A stretch of 24,675 nt of DNA from Candidatus Bathyarchaeota archaeon (GCA_963739305.1 CAVTZU010000012.1:1-24675), one strand, 5' to 3'. Positions 1 through 10,577 are shown, numbered from the stretch's first letter. Numbers and translations are program-made. The notes: generated from the sequence alone by a model not told the origin.

Positions 1-43
1 ATCTTATCTATCTCACTTCAGTAATCTAATGCCGAAATGGAGA

Positions 44-120
44 GCGGTCGTCGTCTAGCTGGTTAGGACACAAGCCTTCCAAGCTTGCAATCCAGGGTTC
101 GAATCCCGGCGACCGCACCA
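44..120 (+). tRNA. tRNA-Gly(TCC), intronless, CCA encoded
   Basis: Acceptor stem GCGGTCG/CGACCGC + A-CCA; anticodon arm CAAGC-CTTCCAA-GCTTG (anticodon TCC); T-loop GTTCGAATC; D-arm containing TAGCTGGTTAGG. Confidence 0.95.
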
Positions 121-141
121 ATGGTGCGCGCGGCTGATTCC

Positions 142-154
142 AAGGCTTATATAC
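142..154 (+). promoter_or_regulatory. Putative archaeal TATA box for the TspO-like gene
   Basis: AAGGCTTATATAC about 30 nt upstream of the TTG start at 180. Confidence 0.5.
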
Positions 155-179
155 TCTCGACCACGAATACCCATTTTGG

Positions 180-966
180 TTGGTTAGGTTGACCGAATCA
201 AAAACTCCTTTGTTACTGAAAGGAGCGAACATCGTTGCCTTCGTGGTCACTCTAATAGTGAACTCCGTTGCGGGAATAGGTCTGCTCAATGGAATCTCAA
301 CCGGAGCCGTTTCGGACAAATATGCGACGCTGATCACTCCTGCGGGTTACGTTTTTTCTATCTGGAGCGTGATCTACATTCTGCTCTTCGTTTTCGTGGT
401 TTATCAGGCGTTGCCCAGTCAAAATGGCAAGATATTCCACAAACAGATAGGTGTTCTCTTTTTTGTTGAGCAGTGTCTTCAACGTTGTATGGCTTTTCCT
501 GTGGCAGTACGAATACATCACGTTGTCCGTTCCCCTCATTTTTGCGCTCTTAGCATCCTTGATCGCGATTTATTTGCGGTTGAACATCGGCAGATCAAAC
601 GTCCCTACGAGAGAACGACTCAGTGTTCATTTGCCGTTCAGCGTTTACTTAGGCTGGATAACCATTGCCTCAATTGCAGACGTTGCCGCGGCGCTGGTTT
701 CAGTGAACTGGGACGGATTTAGCATCAGTAATGAAACATGGGCGATCCTCGTGGTCATCGTGGCTTTGATCATAACGTTGCTTGTCACTTTCACGCGCAG
801 AGACATCGCATACGACTTAGTCATTATTTGGGCTCTTGTCGGCATAGCGGTGAAGCAGAGTACATACCAGAACGTCGTCTATGCAAACGAGATAAGCGCG
901 GTGATCATCGCTATTTCGTTGGTTCTGGCAATCCTGACCACAAGATCCAGGAGAACGAGGTCGTAA
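180..966 (+). pseudogene. TspO/MBR-related tryptophan-rich multi-pass membrane protein, split by one extra T (pseudogene or sequencing error)
   Basis: ORF 180-722 carries ITPAGYVFSIWSVIY; ORF 451-966 carries FNVVWLFLWQ and PFSVYLGWITIA. Removing one T from the T6 run at 459-464 joins them (QIGVLF-LLSSVFNVVW). Confidence 0.8.
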
Positions 967-975
967 TGGACTCTG

Positions 976-998
976 CCGGATTAGCGCGCGCTAACCGG
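976..998. repeat. Palindrome between convergent genes, possible terminator or boundary site
   Basis: CCGG-A-TTAGCGCGCGCTAA-CCGG; 981-994 is a perfect 14-bp palindrome. Confidence 0.7.
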
Positions 999-1009
999 TC
1001 ATCAACGAG

Positions 1010-2407
1010 TCAGAGGTTGTATTCCTCTAGGTATGTTGGCGCGCTGACTTGCCATCCGCCTTTGGAACGAAGATAATTCTCTAGACTCTGGATTGAGCTC
1101 TCTTCGCCATGAGTTAGGAAAACTTGTCTGGGCGGGGATTTGAAGTTGTTGAGCCAACGTTCCAAATCGTTCATGTCCGCATGAGCAGAAAAGCCTTCAA
1201 TATCCTGAATCTTCATCCGTACGGGATAGAGTTGTCCAAAGATTCTAACAGGTGAGACGCCGTCTAGAATTTGCCTTCCCAGTGTACCGGCTGCTTGATA
1301 TCCTACGAAAAGTAGTGTGGAGTCTGGGCGAGTTATATTTCTAACAAGGTGATGCTTTATTCGGCCTCCGTCGATCATGCCCGAACCGGCCATGATGATA
1401 ATTGAGCCCTTGATGAGGTTGATGGCTTTCGACGCCTCAACGGATTCGACTAGTTTCAATCCTGGGAAATCAAACGGTGATTGGCCATCTTTGAAAAGGG
1501 ATTGTGTTTCTTCGTCGAGGTATTTCATGCATCGTTCAAACACTCTCGTTATCTCGACGGCCATGGGGCTGTCCAAGAAAGCCATAATGTACGGTATTCT
1601 TCCTTCACGCGCCAGTTTGTTGAAATAGTACACTAATTCTTGGGCGCGTTCGATAGCGAAGGTTGGTATGATGACGTTTCCGCCCGCGTTGATGGTGTCG
1701 TTTACGGTTTTTCCGAGCTTATCCTCCGCGTCTTGGAGACTTTCGTGTTTGCGATCTCCATAAGTTGATTCCATAACCACGTAATCGGCTCGCTCAATGA
1801 ATGAAGGATCTCTGAGCAAAGGTTTGTTCCATTGGCCTATGTCTCCTGAAAAGACAACGTTTTTTGTTTCGTTTTCATCTCGAACGGTGACTTCGATCAT
1901 GGCTGACCCGAGGATGTGACCGGCGTCGTGGAAGCAGACTGTAACTTGGGCGTTCAGTTGACTTGGCTGCTCATAGGGAAGAGCCCTGAGGAGAGGAAAA
2001 CATTTCTCAGCGTCCTGAACCGTATAGAGCGGGATTTCGGGGCGAGGTCCTTCGCGACCCTCCTTTTCATGGCGTCTTTTCTTCAAGGCAGCGTCTTCTT
2101 CCTGCATTCGAGCAGAATCTAGAAGCACGATTGGAAACAATTCTTTGGAAGCAGGGGTCAGTAGGATTTCCCCAGTGAATCCTTCCTTCACAAGCTTGGG
2201 GACGAGCCCCGAGTGGTCGATGTGAACATGAGTCAGGAGTAAGTGCTGAATCTGGTCGGGAGGAACAGGAAATGCTTGCCAGTTTCTGTAGGAGTAATCT
2301 CTTTCCTGAAAAAGCCCACAGTCAACAAGTATCTTCAATCCGCCAGCTTCAAGCAGGTAGCTTGAACCTGTCACTTGACGCGTTGCACCTAAGAATTTGA
2401 TTTTCAA
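1010..2407 (-). CDS. MBL-fold beta-CASP ribonuclease (COG1236/YSH1-like)
   Basis: LGATRQVTGS, LVDCG, THVHIDH (HxHxDH), AGHILGS, FSGDIG, MESTYG, FSAHAD, THGE motifs. Confidence 0.92.
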   Translation of the reverse strand: MKIKFLGATRQVTGSSYLLEAGGLKILVDCGLFQERDYSYRNWQAFPVPPDQIQHLLLTHVHIDHSGLVPKLVKEGFTGEILLTPASKELFPIVLLDSARMQEEDAALKKRRHEKEGREGPRPEIPLYTVQDAEKCFPLLRALPYEQPSQLNAQVTVCFHDAGHILGSAMIEVTVRDENETKNVVFSGDIGQWNKPLLRDPSFIERADYVVMESTYGDRKHESLQDAEDKLGKTVNDTINAGGNVIIPTFAIERAQELVYYFNKLAREGRIPYIMAFLDSPMAVEITRVFERCMKYLDEETQSLFKDGQSPFDFPGLKLVESVEASKAINLIKGSIIIMAGSGMIDGGRIKHHLVRNITRPDSTLLFVGYQAAGTLGRQILDGVSPVRIFGQLYPVRMKIQDIEGFSAHADMNDLERWLNNFKSPPRQVFLTHGEESSIQSLENYLRSKGGWQVSAPTYLEEYNL

Positions 2408-2470
2408 AGCACTTCCTCTACAACGAGGTTTCTCCTTTCTGCCCTATCTGTTCTTCGTATTCCCTTGCAA

Positions 2471-3619
2471 TCAGAGTTGGAAAAGATCTCTGTCAAAGTT
2501 GGTCAGAAACTCTGTTTTCCTTTTTCCAATCAACACAATGTCTTCAACGCGCAAATAATATTCGCCGGCGTGCCAGAGCTTTGGTTCCACGGCCATCACC
2601 ATGTGTGACAGTAGAACTTGATCGTAATTCGGGTCGAGCCAAGGCGGTTCGTGGACTTCCACGCCGATGTTGTGTCCCACAGACTTCATTGGCAGTCGCG
2701 CCCGCAAGTAGTCGCCGAAGCCTGATTTGTCTAGGCTTGTTTCAATCGTTGGGAAGACATCGCAGACTCGCATGTTTCCTTCTTTCATCTTGTCGACGGT
2801 TTCAACCACCGCGTGTTGAAGAGCTTCGTAGCCTTTCTTGACTTCTATGCTTGCCGGTCCAAAATATAGGCTTCTTCCAAAATCTGAACAGTACCCGTCC
2901 TGCACGAACCCGTTGTCAAAAGCAATCGAAGTTCTCGGCTTCAGACCTTCATCCACGGGAACGGTAACGAGAGTGGAAGACACTTTAGAACCTGATTTGA
3001 CGTAGCCGATCCATGGGGGAAACGAAACGTCTGACGCCCCTAACCGTCTGCCTTCACACTCAAGCTCGATTCTGAGTTGCCGTTGCGTGGCGCCTTTCTG
3101 GATTTTTGGCAAGACCGCTGCTACGGCTTTGTCGGTGAGTCCTGCCACTTTCCGGAGTTTTTCTATCTCGCTTGAATCCTTGATCATCCTGACGTGATCC
3201 ATTAGATGTTCAGCCTTGGAGAACTCAGGGTTCTTCAAAGCCTTCTTCATTTCGATGAACGCGGAACCCCAAACGTGATCGCCCACACCTACCTTCTTTC
3301 CATGCAAGTCAAGATCTTTCAATACCTTCATGATCAACGTTTCAAGCCGGTCTTTGTCCGTGAACGTTCTGGCATCTTTGATCCAGGTCTCGCGTGTCAT
3401 TCTCGCCCATTCATCGCCGACCGTAAGAATAGGTTCTCCTTTCCTGGGCACGAAAACAAGGTTCGCGGGATTTCCCAGGTCTGTCCAATGTCGCCAATCG
3501 ATGAGCAACCCTGTCAGATACTGGAAATTCTGACAGGAACCGTAAACAACCAGGTCCAGACAAAGTTCTTCCATCTTTTCCTGAAGCCCAATCAATCTGC
3601 GTTTGTAGTCAACGCTCAT
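2471..3619 (-). CDS. M24 family Xaa-Pro (amino/di)peptidase
   Basis: Creatinase-like N-domain, RMIKDSSEI, D-x-G...GYCSDFGRS, GHNIGVEVHE, AVEP, RVED metal ligands. Confidence 0.9.
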   Translation of the reverse strand: MSVDYKRRLIGLQEKMEELCLDLVVYGSCQNFQYLTGLLIDWRHWTDLGNPANLVFVPRKGEPILTVGDEWARMTRETWIKDARTFTDKDRLETLIMKVLKDLDLHGKKVGVGDHVWGSAFIEMKKALKNPEFSKAEHLMDHVRMIKDSSEIEKLRKVAGLTDKAVAAVLPKIQKGATQRQLRIELECEGRRLGASDVSFPPWIGYVKSGSKVSSTLVTVPVDEGLKPRTSIAFDNGFVQDGYCSDFGRSLYFGPASIEVKKGYEALQHAVVETVDKMKEGNMRVCDVFPTIETSLDKSGFGDYLRARLPMKSVGHNIGVEVHEPPWLDPNYDQVLLSHMVMAVEPKLWHAGEYYLRVEDIVLIGKRKTEFLTNFDRDLFQL

Positions 3620-3818
3620 TTCAACATCTCACATCAATCAAGCAGCAAAGGATCCAGAAAAGATGTTTAGTCTCTTCAGGATATTTATGGTTTCACAGAA
3701 TTCGCATTCGCCAATGTCTCGTCGTAACGCTGGCGCGTGTGTCGATTGACCCTCAAAGAAGCAAAAAACTTTACAAGAGAGCAACGGACAAGTTTTGTTT
3801 TGAGAACCGTGGTCTCGC

Positions 3819-4067
3819 ATGGAAGATTCTGAAAAGAAGAAGGACAAAGAGAAAGCTGAGGGGCGCAGGAAGAAGTTCTGTCCACGATGCGGTTCCACAG
3901 ACATTTTTTTCGCCCGTGGCCTGCCGCAACTATGGTCGATCTGGGAGTGCAGAAACTGCGGGTACTACGGCGCGTTCATAGTAGAGGACGGGGCGACGTC
4001 GCAAAAAATCCGTGAAGAATGGGCTCGAAAACACAAGGCGAACGGCAAACCACAGGCTTCGGATTGA
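3819..4067 (+). CDS. Small Zn-ribbon protein (CPxC...CxxC)
   Basis: FCPRCGS...WECRNCGY; 82 aa, divergent from the peptidase gene. Confidence 0.7.
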   Translation: MEDSEKKKDKEKAEGRRKKFCPRCGSTDIFFARGLPQLWSIWECRNCGYYGAFIVEDGATSQKIREEWARKHKANGKPQASD

Positions 4068-4129
4068 CTTGGAAGTTTTGCATCTAAGCGTCTACAGCTC
4101 TGACCATCGCCTTCGGCGGGATAGGTGGA

Positions 4130-4993
4130 TCAGTCTTTTCGGGCAACGAAGACCAGCCAATCCGCCTTCGGCTTTCTAGGTGGCTTAATCTTCCAGTCGG
4201 GGTAGCACTTGATCTCCTTGAAGCCTGCCTCTTGAAGATAGTGAACGGTGTCCCAGTAGGTGAAGAGTCTCATGCGTTCACGGTCACGGAAGACGTGTGT
4301 ACCGTCAGCAGCCTCGATAACACTGATTTCTTCCCACCAGGTCACACCACGCACTTGGTCAAAGTCTTCCACGCGATCTGTGTCAACGCATCGTATTCCT
4401 CTCGCGCGGGTCTCTTGAAAGTGATACCCATGCATGCGTGCGTGTGCACGTTCTGATACAGGGTTGAAAACGTTGCAGATCATTACTCCTCCTGATCTCA
4501 GGCCGCGATAAATGTGCAGCAGACACCTCAGCACGTCGTCATCATCTGGCAGCAGAAAGAGTATATAGAGTGCAAGTGCCGCGTCAAACTCACTCTCATA
4601 ATGCAGTTTCGTGGCGTCGCCCCGCGACACTTTCACGGAAACACCCTCCCGATGAGCCCTGGCCTCTGCTACCTGAACTCGTTCAGGAGTGTAATCCAAT
4701 CCAGTGCATCGATAGCCACGACGAGCTAAACCGATTATGTGTCGCCCGTTTCCGCAGGCAATATCGAGCACGTCATTGACCTGATGAGCTGCATCGGCAC
4801 GGAACGCAGATTCGAGAAAGTCGAGCTCACGTTTTAGCTTAGTGCGCGCGCTTGCTCCTTGATCCAACAGGTCTTCGTAGTATGCCCGATGAGCGTAGTA
4901 GGCGCGAGAAGCGTTCAGAACAGTCTCTCTTGCAGTTTCCTTTCGATTCATAAAGGTCAGGTCTCGTTTGACCCGCGATATAAGATTTCGCAA
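4130..4993 (-). CDS. Class I SAM-dependent methyltransferase (true start may be ATG at 4951)
   Basis: VLDIACGNGRH motif I, TGLD, RGDA, FDAA, LRSGG. Confidence 0.9.
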   Translation of the reverse strand: MRNLISRVKRDLTFMNRKETARETVLNASRAYYAHRAYYEDLLDQGASARTKLKRELDFLESAFRADAAHQVNDVLDIACGNGRHIIGLARRGYRCTGLDYTPERVQVAEARAHREGVSVKVSRGDATKLHYESEFDAALALYILFLLPDDDDVLRCLLHIYRGLRSGGVMICNVFNPVSERAHARMHGYHFQETRARGIRCVDTDRVEDFDQVRGVTWWEEISVIEAADGTHVFRDRERMRLFTYWDTVHYLQEAGFKEIKCYPDWKIKPPRKPKADWLVFVARKD

Positions 4994-5059
4994 TGGATCG
5001 AAGTCGGGAAATACGCCCCAGATGAGTTTTCTTTGAAGCGTTTAGCCAGAACTTGCGTT

Positions 5060-8000
5060 CTACCATTGGGCTGAAGACACGGTTTCCAAGTATTCGTTCA
5101 ATGAACGCAGAGTAAGCTCGTAGCCATCTTCCTCGTCCTTCAAGATCTTCACGAGCGCTGAAGCCAATTCAAGATTGGTCAGAACCGGTATGTTGTACTC
5201 GATGGCTAGCCGCCGAATCGTGTACTCATCTCTTAGCACGTCCTCTTGCTCTCTGGAAGCACTAGTTAGAGGTATATTGACGACCAGATCGATCTTCCCC
5301 TCCCTAATATAGTCAGCAATGTTTGGTTTTCTACCAGCTTCCCTCACTTTATGCAGAACAGATACGCCTTTCTCACCTGCATCCATTATAGCTTCGGCGG
5401 TGTGTTGTGTCGCGTAGATCTGGAAGCCCATTTGGGAGAGTTGTTTTGCCAAAGGAACGATCTGTTTCTTCAATTCTTTGCCGCCCACCGTTATCAGAAC
5501 CGAGCCTCCGGCGGATGGAATCTTGAAGTCTGCAGAAAGCAGCGCTTTGGAAAGAGCGTCGGTGAAGCTTTCTCCTAGACATGCCACTTCGCCGGTGCTG
5601 AGCATTTCCACGCCCAGAACTGGGTCGGCTCCGCTCAAGCGCATGAAGCTGAATTGAGGAACCTTGACGCCGACGTGTCTGACTGGAGGAAGCCCGAGAA
5701 TTCCAACATCTTTCAGCTTCTTACCCAGCATCACTTGCGTCGCTAGGCCGATGAGGTTGACGCCTCTCGTTTTGCTGACGTATGGCATCGATCGCGATGC
5801 CCTCAAGTTGCATTCGATGACGTCGATTTGACCATCTTTAACGAGGTATTGGATGTTGAAGGGCCCCTTGATTTTCAGCTCCTTCGCGATTCTGTTGGTG
5901 TAGTCTTCGATGTCGCTCTCCACCCTAGCAGTAAGCGTTTGCGAAGGAATGCTCATCGTCGCATCTCCGCTGTGAGTTCCAGCGTCCTCGACGTGCTCAA
6001 TGATTGCGCCGATCAGTGTATCGTCTCCATCAGATACTCCGTCAACTTCAACTTCCCTTGCATTTCTGATGAACTTGGAAACCACCACAGGGTGCTGAGG
6101 TGAGACTTTGGTTGCAAGAGCGAGATAGTTCTCAAGTTCGTTTTCTGAGTGGGCAACTCTCATCGCAGATCCAGAGAGGACATAGCTGGGCCGAACGAGA
6201 ACCGGGTATCCGATCTTGTCAGCAAACGTTTTCACTTCTTCGAGGTCCGTGAGCGCTTTCCAGTCGGGCTGGCTGATCCAAAGGTCATCGACAAGTGCGC
6301 TGAATTTGGCTCGGTCTTCTGCGCGGTCTATGCTCTCTGCCGATGTGCCGAGCAGTTTAACGCCGAGGCTGTCGAGTTTCAAAGCGAGGTTATTCGGGAT
6401 TTGTCCTCCGACGCTGGCAATCACTCCCAGCGGATTCTCCTTTTCATAGATGTCGAGTATGCGCTCTTTCGTCAACTCCTCAAAGTACAGCTTGTCAGAC
6501 ATGTCATAGTCGGTTGAGACTGTCTCGGGGTTGTAGTTGATCATGATTGCTTCTTGGATGCCGTTCTTCTTGAGGGCCCAGATCGTGTTTAGGCTGCACC
6601 AGTCAAACTCGACGCTTGAGCCTATTCTGAATACTCCAGAACCGAGGACGATGACTTTGCTCTTGCTGGCGCTGAAGTCTATGTCATCTTCGTCTCCACC
6701 GTACGTTAGATACAGATAGTTGGTTTTCGCTGGCCATTCTGCAGCCAACGTGTCAATCTGCTTAACGACAGGAACGATGCCGGACTGCTTACGAGTTTTG
6801 CGCACAAGCATCTCGTCTGTCTTCATTGCTATGGCGATCTGTTCGTCTGAGAACCCAAGTCTTTTCGCTTCCCTAATCAGAGAAAGACACTCAGATTTGT
6901 CCAAGCTTGCGCTGCGGAGTCTTTTTTCCATGTTGATTACGTTTTGGAGCTTGTGCAGGAAGAACGGATCAATCCCACTGAGACGGTAGATCTCCTCGAT
7001 CGATAACCCATTTTTCAAAGCCTTGACTATTTTGAAGAATCTTTCATCGGTTGGATTTGCGATTTCGTCCCTGAGCTTTTCAGAGGGTTCGGCGTATTTT
7101 TCGTCGCTGTTGCACACGAGGCCTCTTTTCCCTGTGTCGAGCATGCGGACAGCTTTCTGCAGAGCCTCCTCTAGACACCTGCCGATCGCCATTACTTCTC
7201 CCACGGATTTCATTTGGGGCCCGAGATGGTGATCCACGTTCCTGAATTTTTGAAGGTCCCACCTCGGATACTTTACTACCACGTAGTCCAAAGCCGGTTC
7301 AAAGCATGCCGTGGTGACCCCAGTGACTTTGTTCATCAATTCTGGAAGAAGGTAGCCGACGGAGAGTTTGGCGGCTATGTAAGCCAGAGGATAGCCCGTT
7401 GCCTTGCTCGCCAGAGCCGAGCTTCTGGACATACGTGCGTTTACCTCTATGGGGCGATAATCGAGACATCTGGGGTTTAGAGCCCACTGGATGTTGCATT
7501 CGCCGATGACGCCGAGGCTCCTTATGGCTTTGATCGATGCTTCGCGCAGCGAGTGGTATTCAGCGTTGGAGAGAGTCTGAGAAGGGGCCACGACAATGGA
7601 ATCGCCAGTGTGGACTCCCATCGGGTCGATGTTTTCCATGTTGCACACGGTCAGGCAGTTGTCAGCGTAGTCTCGCATGACCTCATACTCAAGCTCTTTC
7701 CAATGAGTTAGGTACTCCTCAACGAGAACTTGAGAAATCATGCTCTGTGCAAGGGCTCGGCTGACTATGTCCCTGAGTTCAGTGTCGTTGTATGCCACTC
7801 CTGACCCCTTTCCGCCGAGTGTGTAAGCAACGCGAACGATGACTGGGTATCCTATTCCATCTGCCAACGCGAGAGCTTCTTGAACCGAGGTTGCCGAGCC
7901 ACTTTTGGGTATCGAGATTTGAGCATTAATCATCGCTTGCCTGAAAAGCTCGCGATCCTCGGTGTCCTCAATAGTTTTGATCGGCGTCCCCAAAACCTTG

Positions 8001-8338
8001 ACGCCAAACTTCTCAAGAACACCTTCCTTGTCAAGCTGAACCCCACAGTTGAGAGCCGTTTGTCCTCCGAAGCCAAGAAGTATTCCGTCGGGGGTTTCTT
8101 TTTCGATCACTCTTGTCACATGCTTCGAAGTCACTGGCAGAAGGTAGACTTTTCCAGCGAGGTGAGGGTCGGTTTGAATCGTGGCTATGTTGGGGTTGAC
8201 GAGAACGGTCTCGATGCCCTCTTCTCTCAGAGCTTTGAGGCATTGACTCCCCGAGTAGTCGAATTCCGCGGCTTCACCGATCTTTATAGCTCCGCTGCCG
8301 AGAATCAGAACTTTTCTTATCCAATCAAACTTTGGCAT
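5060..8338 (-). CDS. carB: Carbamoyl-phosphate synthase large subunit
   Basis: LGSGAIKIGEAAEFDYSGSQ, NPNIATIQTD, two ATP-grasp halves (IEVNARMSRSSALASKATGYP; IECNLRASRS), C-terminal MGS-like domain; 1092 aa. Confidence 0.98.
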   Translation of the reverse strand: MPKFDWIRKVLILGSGAIKIGEAAEFDYSGSQCLKALREEGIETVLVNPNIATIQTDPHLAGKVYLLPVTSKHVTRVIEKETPDGILLGFGGQTALNCGVQLDKEGVLEKFGVKVLGTPIKTIEDTEDRELFRQAMINAQISIPKSGSATSVQEALALADGIGYPVIVRVAYTLGGKGSGVAYNDTELRDIVSRALAQSMISQVLVEEYLTHWKELEYEVMRDYADNCLTVCNMENIDPMGVHTGDSIVVAPSQTLSNAEYHSLREASIKAIRSLGVIGECNIQWALNPRCLDYRPIEVNARMSRSSALASKATGYPLAYIAAKLSVGYLLPELMNKVTGVTTACFEPALDYVVVKYPRWDLQKFRNVDHHLGPQMKSVGEVMAIGRCLEEALQKAVRMLDTGKRGLVCNSDEKYAEPSEKLRDEIANPTDERFFKIVKALKNGLSIEEIYRLSGIDPFFLHKLQNVINMEKRLRSASLDKSECLSLIREAKRLGFSDEQIAIAMKTDEMLVRKTRKQSGIVPVVKQIDTLAAEWPAKTNYLYLTYGGDEDDIDFSASKSKVIVLGSGVFRIGSSVEFDWCSLNTIWALKKNGIQEAIMINYNPETVSTDYDMSDKLYFEELTKERILDIYEKENPLGVIASVGGQIPNNLALKLDSLGVKLLGTSAESIDRAEDRAKFSALVDDLWISQPDWKALTDLEEVKTFADKIGYPVLVRPSYVLSGSAMRVAHSENELENYLALATKVSPQHPVVVSKFIRNAREVEVDGVSDGDDTLIGAIIEHVEDAGTHSGDATMSIPSQTLTARVESDIEDYTNRIAKELKIKGPFNIQYLVKDGQIDVIECNLRASRSMPYVSKTRGVNLIGLATQVMLGKKLKDVGILGLPPVRHVGVKVPQFSFMRLSGADPVLGVEMLSTGEVACLGESFTDALSKALLSADFKIPSAGGSVLITVGGKELKKQIVPLAKQLSQMGFQIYATQHTAEAIMDAGEKGVSVLHKVREAGRKPNIADYIREGKIDLVVNIPLTSASREQEDVLRDEYTIRRLAIEYNIPVLTNLELASALVKILKDEEDGYELTLRSLNEYLETVSSAQW

Positions 8339-8340
8339 CT

Positions 8341-9486
8341 CTATTTTCCTCCCAGTTTCAAGAAATCATCAAAAAGAAATTCTGTATCTAGAGGCCCTGG
8401 CTCTGCCTCGGGATGCCACTGAACGCCGAACGCTGGGTGACGTCTGTGTCTTACGGCTTCAACCGTCTTGTCGTTTGCGTTAATGAACCAAACGGACAAG
8501 TCAGTGCCTTTCACTGAGTCAGGGTTCACCGCGTACCCATGATTCTGCGTTGTGATGTAACATCTTCCCGTTTCCAAGTCAAGCGCAGGCTGGTTCTGCG
8601 ATCGGTGACCATACTTCAGCTTGAACGTGTCTCCGCCCATGCCAAGAGTCAAAAGTTGCGTGCCCAAGCATATTCCAAGCACCGGAACGCCTTCTTCAAC
8701 AAGCTCTCTCACGCACTTCGCCGTTTTGACGCATCTCTTAGGATCTCCTGGACCGTTGCTTATCACAACACCATGAGGCCTGTACTCCAGGATCTCGCTC
8801 GAGGAAAAATCGTAGGGGACTCGGACGACCTCTACTTCGCGTCTCAGCAGGCCTCGCAGAATGCCATATTTCACGCCGCAGTCGATCACCACTATTCTCT
8901 TGCATGCGCCAACGCCGTGGAACACGGGTTCTTTGATGGTAACCTCGCCAACAAGATCTCTCGAATTAGGATCCTGAACCGCCCTCATCTGCCGCTGAAG
9001 CTTCTCTAGGTCTGGCTCGTCACCTTCCTTACAGACTTCAAGTACTCCATTCATGACGCCCTTGACACGAAGTTTCTTCACTAGCTTTCTTGTATCAATT
9101 CCCCAAATGCCCGGCACACCCTCTTCCGCGAGCCACTCATCGAGCGATTTACGTGACTGCCAATGAGAAGGATCTTTGCATAATTCGTGGATAATCAGCG
9201 CTTTCACTTTGATGCTATCAGATTCAAAATACTTCAAAAGCCCGTTCTCCGAGTCCCCTGGAGGAACACCGTAATTGCCTACGAGCGGATAAGTCAACGT
9301 TAAGATCTGCCCATTATACGATGCGTCTGTCAGAGCCTCAGGATACCCCACCATAGATGTTGAGAACACGACTTCGCCAGAAACTTGTCTTGCTGCACCA
9401 AACCCAAAACCTGAGAAAATAGACCCGTCTTCGAGAAGCAAGAGCGCTTCAACGCTTTCTTTTGGTCTCGCTAATTTCTGGTTCAA
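8341..9486 (-). CDS. carA: Carbamoyl-phosphate synthase small (glutaminase) subunit
   Basis: LLLEDGS, GEVVFST, SNGPGDP, GICLG (catalytic Cys), TQNHGYAV, QWHPEA; directly upstream of carB. Confidence 0.98.
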   Translation of the reverse strand: MNQKLARPKESVEALLLLEDGSIFSGFGFGAARQVSGEVVFSTSMVGYPEALTDASYNGQILTLTYPLVGNYGVPPGDSENGLLKYFESDSIKVKALIIHELCKDPSHWQSRKSLDEWLAEEGVPGIWGIDTRKLVKKLRVKGVMNGVLEVCKEGDEPDLEKLQRQMRAVQDPNSRDLVGEVTIKEPVFHGVGACKRIVVIDCGVKYGILRGLLRREVEVVRVPYDFSSSEILEYRPHGVVISNGPGDPKRCVKTAKCVRELVEEGVPVLGICLGTQLLTLGMGGDTFKLKYGHRSQNQPALDLETGRCYITTQNHGYAVNPDSVKGTDLSVWFINANDKTVEAVRHRRHPAFGVQWHPEAEPGPLDTEFLFDDFLKLGGK

Positions 9487-9600
9487 AGCCCTACCCTACA
9501 TGCTGAGTTGTATTCTTAAGCTTTGTGTTGGGACAGTGTTGGTCTGAGACAAAGTCCTATTCATAATGAAAACGAAGAAGTATCGTGACCGTTCCATCCG

Positions 9601-10392
9601 ATGCAGCGATGTAATACACGATGGGGTAACTTCAATCATGGTTTGATGCGCCAAGCATTAATAATGGCTGTTTCCTTTGTTTGCTTGGTTGTCGGGGTTT
9701 CTTTGGACGCTTACCTGGCCTACGCTTCGACTACCTTGGTTGTACTGGGCGTGATAGCTTTTGGGCTGTCTTCTGTCTTCCATTACAGACTCAGACGTTT
9801 GGCCAGGGTTTCCAAAGGTCCTGTAGCCAACGTGTTCAACCGAACGTTTGTGGTCTTTGATCCGTACTCGGAGAGAACGATTTTTCACAGGCTCTTGATT
9901 CTGTTGCCTCTCTTGCCCCCGATTATGGGGTTTGCAGCGGCCGTACTCTTGTTCGTAATCATCAATGCGGGTCTGTTGTTGACGCTGTTAATTTCAATCG
10001 TGGGTTTGAGTTTGATCGTGGTTGAAGAGTCGGTTGAGGCCCTAGAGGAGAGCAAGTTGCTCCTTCGGGCGATTGAAAGTGAAAGCGATTTCGGCGTGGG
10101 TGACGTTCGGTTGCTGAGTTCAACGAAGCGGACGTTGCCGAGGCTGAGGCGTTATTACCTGGTACTTTCTGCATGTTTGTTTGTGCTAGCATGGGTCTTG
10201 CCCTTCGTATGGCTTCAGTTCCTGTGGGGTTTCGGGATGGCTCTGGGGATGCTAATTTGGGCGAGTGCATTCATTGCGGGGCCAATTTACCTGTTAGCCG
10301 TTGCCCTATACGCTCTTGGGTTGACTGCAATAATCTCTTTAGTCAGAATGGCGAAGACACGAATCTTGGGGTCCAGCGCGGAAGCCGTGTAA
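9601..10392 (+). CDS. Hypothetical multi-pass membrane protein (start may be 9646)
   Basis: 263-aa ORF with about 6-7 hydrophobic segments; no family recognised. Confidence 0.7.
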   Translation: MQRCNTRWGNFNHGLMRQALIMAVSFVCLVVGVSLDAYLAYASTTLVVLGVIAFGLSSVFHYRLRRLARVSKGPVANVFNRTFVVFDPYSERTIFHRLLILLPLLPPIMGFAAAVLLFVIINAGLLLTLLISIVGLSLIVVEESVEALEESKLLLRAIESESDFGVGDVRLLSSTKRTLPRLRRYYLVLSACLFVLAWVLPFVWLQFLWGFGMALGMLIWASAFIAGPIYLLAVALYALGLTAIISLVRMAKTRILGSSAEAV

Positions 10393-10577
10393 TCTGGTTT
10401 GTGGTTCGGAGGCAAAGTCTTGCCTAACCAACCTACTGATCTTTCTCCCCGTCAAAAAAATCTGCAGATTCTCGTAGCACGCACGGCAGGCTGGAACAAT
10501 GATTAATCATAGGTCTGTACGTTATGAGCCGTCGGCTCGGGATACGTTGAAATACGCGCGGTGGGATGTAAGTACCT

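Noticed and set aside
44-120. Prophage or island integrated at tRNA-Gly
   Set aside because: No duplicated tRNA 3' end and no integrase seen in the window
3819-4067. Zn-ribbon ORF as an IS1/IS1595 transposase fragment
   Set aside because: No DDE domain or terminal inverted repeats nearby
5351-9009. Many antisense and alternate-frame ORFs over carAB (and similar ones over the STAND genes)
   Set aside because: Shadow ORFs of strongly supported genes, with no motifs
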